DNA of 64,000 nucleotides from Escherichia coli (GTDB lineage Bacteria; Pseudomonadota; Gammaproteobacteria; Enterobacterales; Enterobacteriaceae): NCBI RefSeq assembly GCF_003018115.1, contig NZ_CP027457.1; one strand, 5' to 3'. Shown piece by piece: positions 62,085 to 64,000 of this stretch (position 1 is its first letter; each line of letters starts with the position of its first letter). The notes under the pieces were generated by a model. It saw only the letters and a program-made list of their open reading frames with translations, ran no database searches and was not told where the DNA came from. The position numbers and the translations under genes were made by a program.

Positions 62085-62915
62085 CTACGCAGAGCGAGAC
62101 GCTGTCGCCCCTGCACGTGGTGGCAGGGCAAATGCCACCAGCGCCGGGATGAGATAAATAAACCAGACGGCGACTTCGCTGACGCTCGGTGCTTCCTGAT
62201 AGCCAAAAATCCCTTCCATCAGCGTGCCAAACAGCGAGTGAGTTGAGAGGACCTCGCTCATATCGAAGGCGATTTCCTGAAAGTGGTTCCACAATCCGGC
62301 TTCATGAAATGCGCGAATGGCACCAGCTGCCAGCCCTGCGGCGACGAAGAGAATAAACAGGCTGGTCCATTTAAAAAATGCACCAAGATTGAGGCGAATA
62401 CCGCCCCAGTAGAGCAGGAAGCCGAGCACCACGGCAGTAGCAAGACCGAGCATTGCACCCAGCGGCGGCCAGATCCCGACATCTTGTTGAAATGCCGCCA
62501 GCAGGAAAAAGACCGACTCCAGGCCTTCCCTTGCAACGGCAAAAAAGACCATCATCACCAGCGCCCAGCCATGATGATTTCCACGCTGCAATGCGCTATC
62601 GACTGCCTGTTCCAGTTGCACTTTGACGTTGCGCGACACTTTGCGCATCCAGAAAACCATCCAGGTAAGGATCACCACGGCGATCACCGCCACGATACCT
62701 TCAAACAGTTCCTGCTCTTTTTGCGGAAATTCGCCGGTGGTTTCGTTAATGAAGATACCCAAGCCCAGGCACAACGCAGCGGCAAGCAACACGCCAATCC
62801 ACATCACACCAATCCATCGGCCTCGCTGGGTACGCTTAAGATAGCTGGCAATCAAACTGACAATCAGCGCGGCTTCAAGCCCTTCGCGCAACATAATGAG
62901 AAACGGAACAAACAT
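62085..62915 (-). CDS. efeU: EfeU ferrous-iron permease (FTR1 family), intact
   Basis: Two REGLE motifs (MLREGLEAAL, AVAREGLESVF); start ATG at 62915 preceded by GGGTGG. Confidence 0.85.
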   Translation of the reverse strand: MFVPFLIMLREGLEAALIVSLIASYLKRTQRGRWIGVMWIGVLLAAALCLGLGIFINETTGEFPQKEQELFEGIVAVIAVVILTWMVFWMRKVSRNVKVQLEQAVDSALQRGNHHGWALVMMVFFAVAREGLESVFFLLAAFQQDVGIWPPLGAMLGLATAVVLGFLLYWGGIRLNLGAFFKWTSLFILFVAAGLAAGAIRAFHEAGLWNHFQEIAFDMSEVLSTHSLFGTLMEGIFGYQEAPSVSEVAVWFIYLIPALVAFALPPRAGATASRSA

Positions 62916-64000
62916 GCCACCCACCCTTAAACATTTTTCTGAGTCAATCTATGCAAAGAAAAGTAAATCGCAGTGATAGCGATTATCATTACGGTAAAGA
63001 AAAATACAAGCGGAATGTTTATAAAATGATGTTGGAATGTAAAAACGAGGACAACAAATCCGGAAACAAAAGCGATTATTTTAAGGTATTTAGCTGACTT
63101 TTCGCCCGGCAGATGAAGCTTGTACGAATGTTGGTGGCGACAAACTCGCTGCAGCGTGCCCCGAAGGGTTGAATTTTCAGTTAGTCGTTTCACAAAAGAA
63201 CGTTGTTTTTTGCTTATTAATAGATAGTGATAAGGTTGTGAATGAAATTATACCTCATCTCCTCATCGAATTTTTTGCCCACAACCTAAACAGGAGAAAA
63301 CGTGTATTTAAGTCTGGAATGAGCGATTTTTGATAGTGCCTAATTATCCCCCAAAATTATAATTCCCCTTATTATATTCCCAGTAATATCATTTTATGGC
63401 TAAAGCTATATACAACTCTAAATCACGATAAAACGAAGCAGGATGCGCATTAAAAAAGTCACACATAATAAAAATAGAAATCTTAACCAGAAGTAATAGA
63501 TCATCGTGAAAATCAATCACCAAAAACACCAACACACAAAAATCAATAAGTTAATAATTGTTCAGGACTTTTTGCTCACGATTTTTCTACTATGACATTA
63601 TCACAAACCCACTAACATGAATACAGAAAGAGAAGTAATAAGATGAGACGCCACTGCTTTCAGATGAACCCTGTAATTAGGGTCGAGAATATAGTTTATC
63701 CATTCCCCTATCGATAAATTAAAAAATTTGCGTATTAATTTTTCTCTGACTGAAGGCTAACGTCGAATTACCGACAAGATTCACGAGTGATTGTAACTAC
63801 GTACTTTATGAAACACAGGAAGAAATTATTATTTACCGCGATAGTTCAAGGCGTAAAAAAAATAATAATATTCATGAAACTCATCCCGATGGCAGCATTG
63901 TAAATTCGCCAATAACTGGCATTCCTCCTGCTTTTTACGGGTGTTTCCATTAACACCAGAATGAGCGGATTGTTTACTACTTCAAGAACGCATCCGAAGT

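Noticed and set aside
62927-63193. 88-codon minus-strand ORF immediately upstream of efeU with hydrophobic segments
   Set aside because: Could be a small membrane protein, but I know of no gene at this position and it may be a chance ORF in the AT-rich efeU upstream region.
1-64000. Search for CRISPR arrays, rRNA and tRNA genes
   Set aside because: No regularly spaced direct repeats with unique spacers and no rRNA- or tRNA-like sequences were recognised by eye; the only tandem repeat is the octamer at 48297-48340, which is not CRISPR-like.

Overview
This window reads as a mosaic E. coli-type accessory region made of several horizontally acquired modules. From left to right: (1) a CP4-44-like segment with a partial yeeR, the Ag43 autotransporter gene flu with its three-GATC phase-variation switch, and an intact YeeP-family GTPase gene; (2) an AT-rich defence cluster: a HEPN-motif protein and a short FimB-sized tyrosine recombinase flanked by 15-bp direct repeats, a dGTPase-like HD-domain protein, and a type I restriction-modification operon (hsdM-hsdS-hsdR) with a DarT/DarG-like ADP-ribosyltransferase/macrodomain pair between hsdS and hsdR and a coupled HExxH metallopeptidase; (3) a complete IS66-family element plus three IS66 remnants; (4) a contact-dependent growth inhibition locus (cdiB-cdiA-cdiI) whose CdiA C-terminal toxin carries a deaminase-like HAE...PCxxC motif, followed by four orphan toxin/immunity modules; (5) core-type ykgEFG (lutABC) and an L-lactate permease; (6) an IS66-truncated autotransporter fragment and a YjiK-like gene; (7) a CP4/P4-like integrative element (YagK-like, a 620-aa AT-rich orphan protein, AlpA, DUF3987-like P-loop protein, P4-type integrase); (8) core genes phoH and efeUOB. 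No rRNA, tRNA or CRISPR array was recognised by eye. Product calls rest on manual reading of the supplied ORF translations and remembered family motifs; no database search was run. The strongest candidates for follow-up are the DarTG-like module inside the hsd operon (with an apparently disrupted darT frame), the deaminase-like CdiA toxin, and the repeat-flanked HEPN/recombinase cassette.
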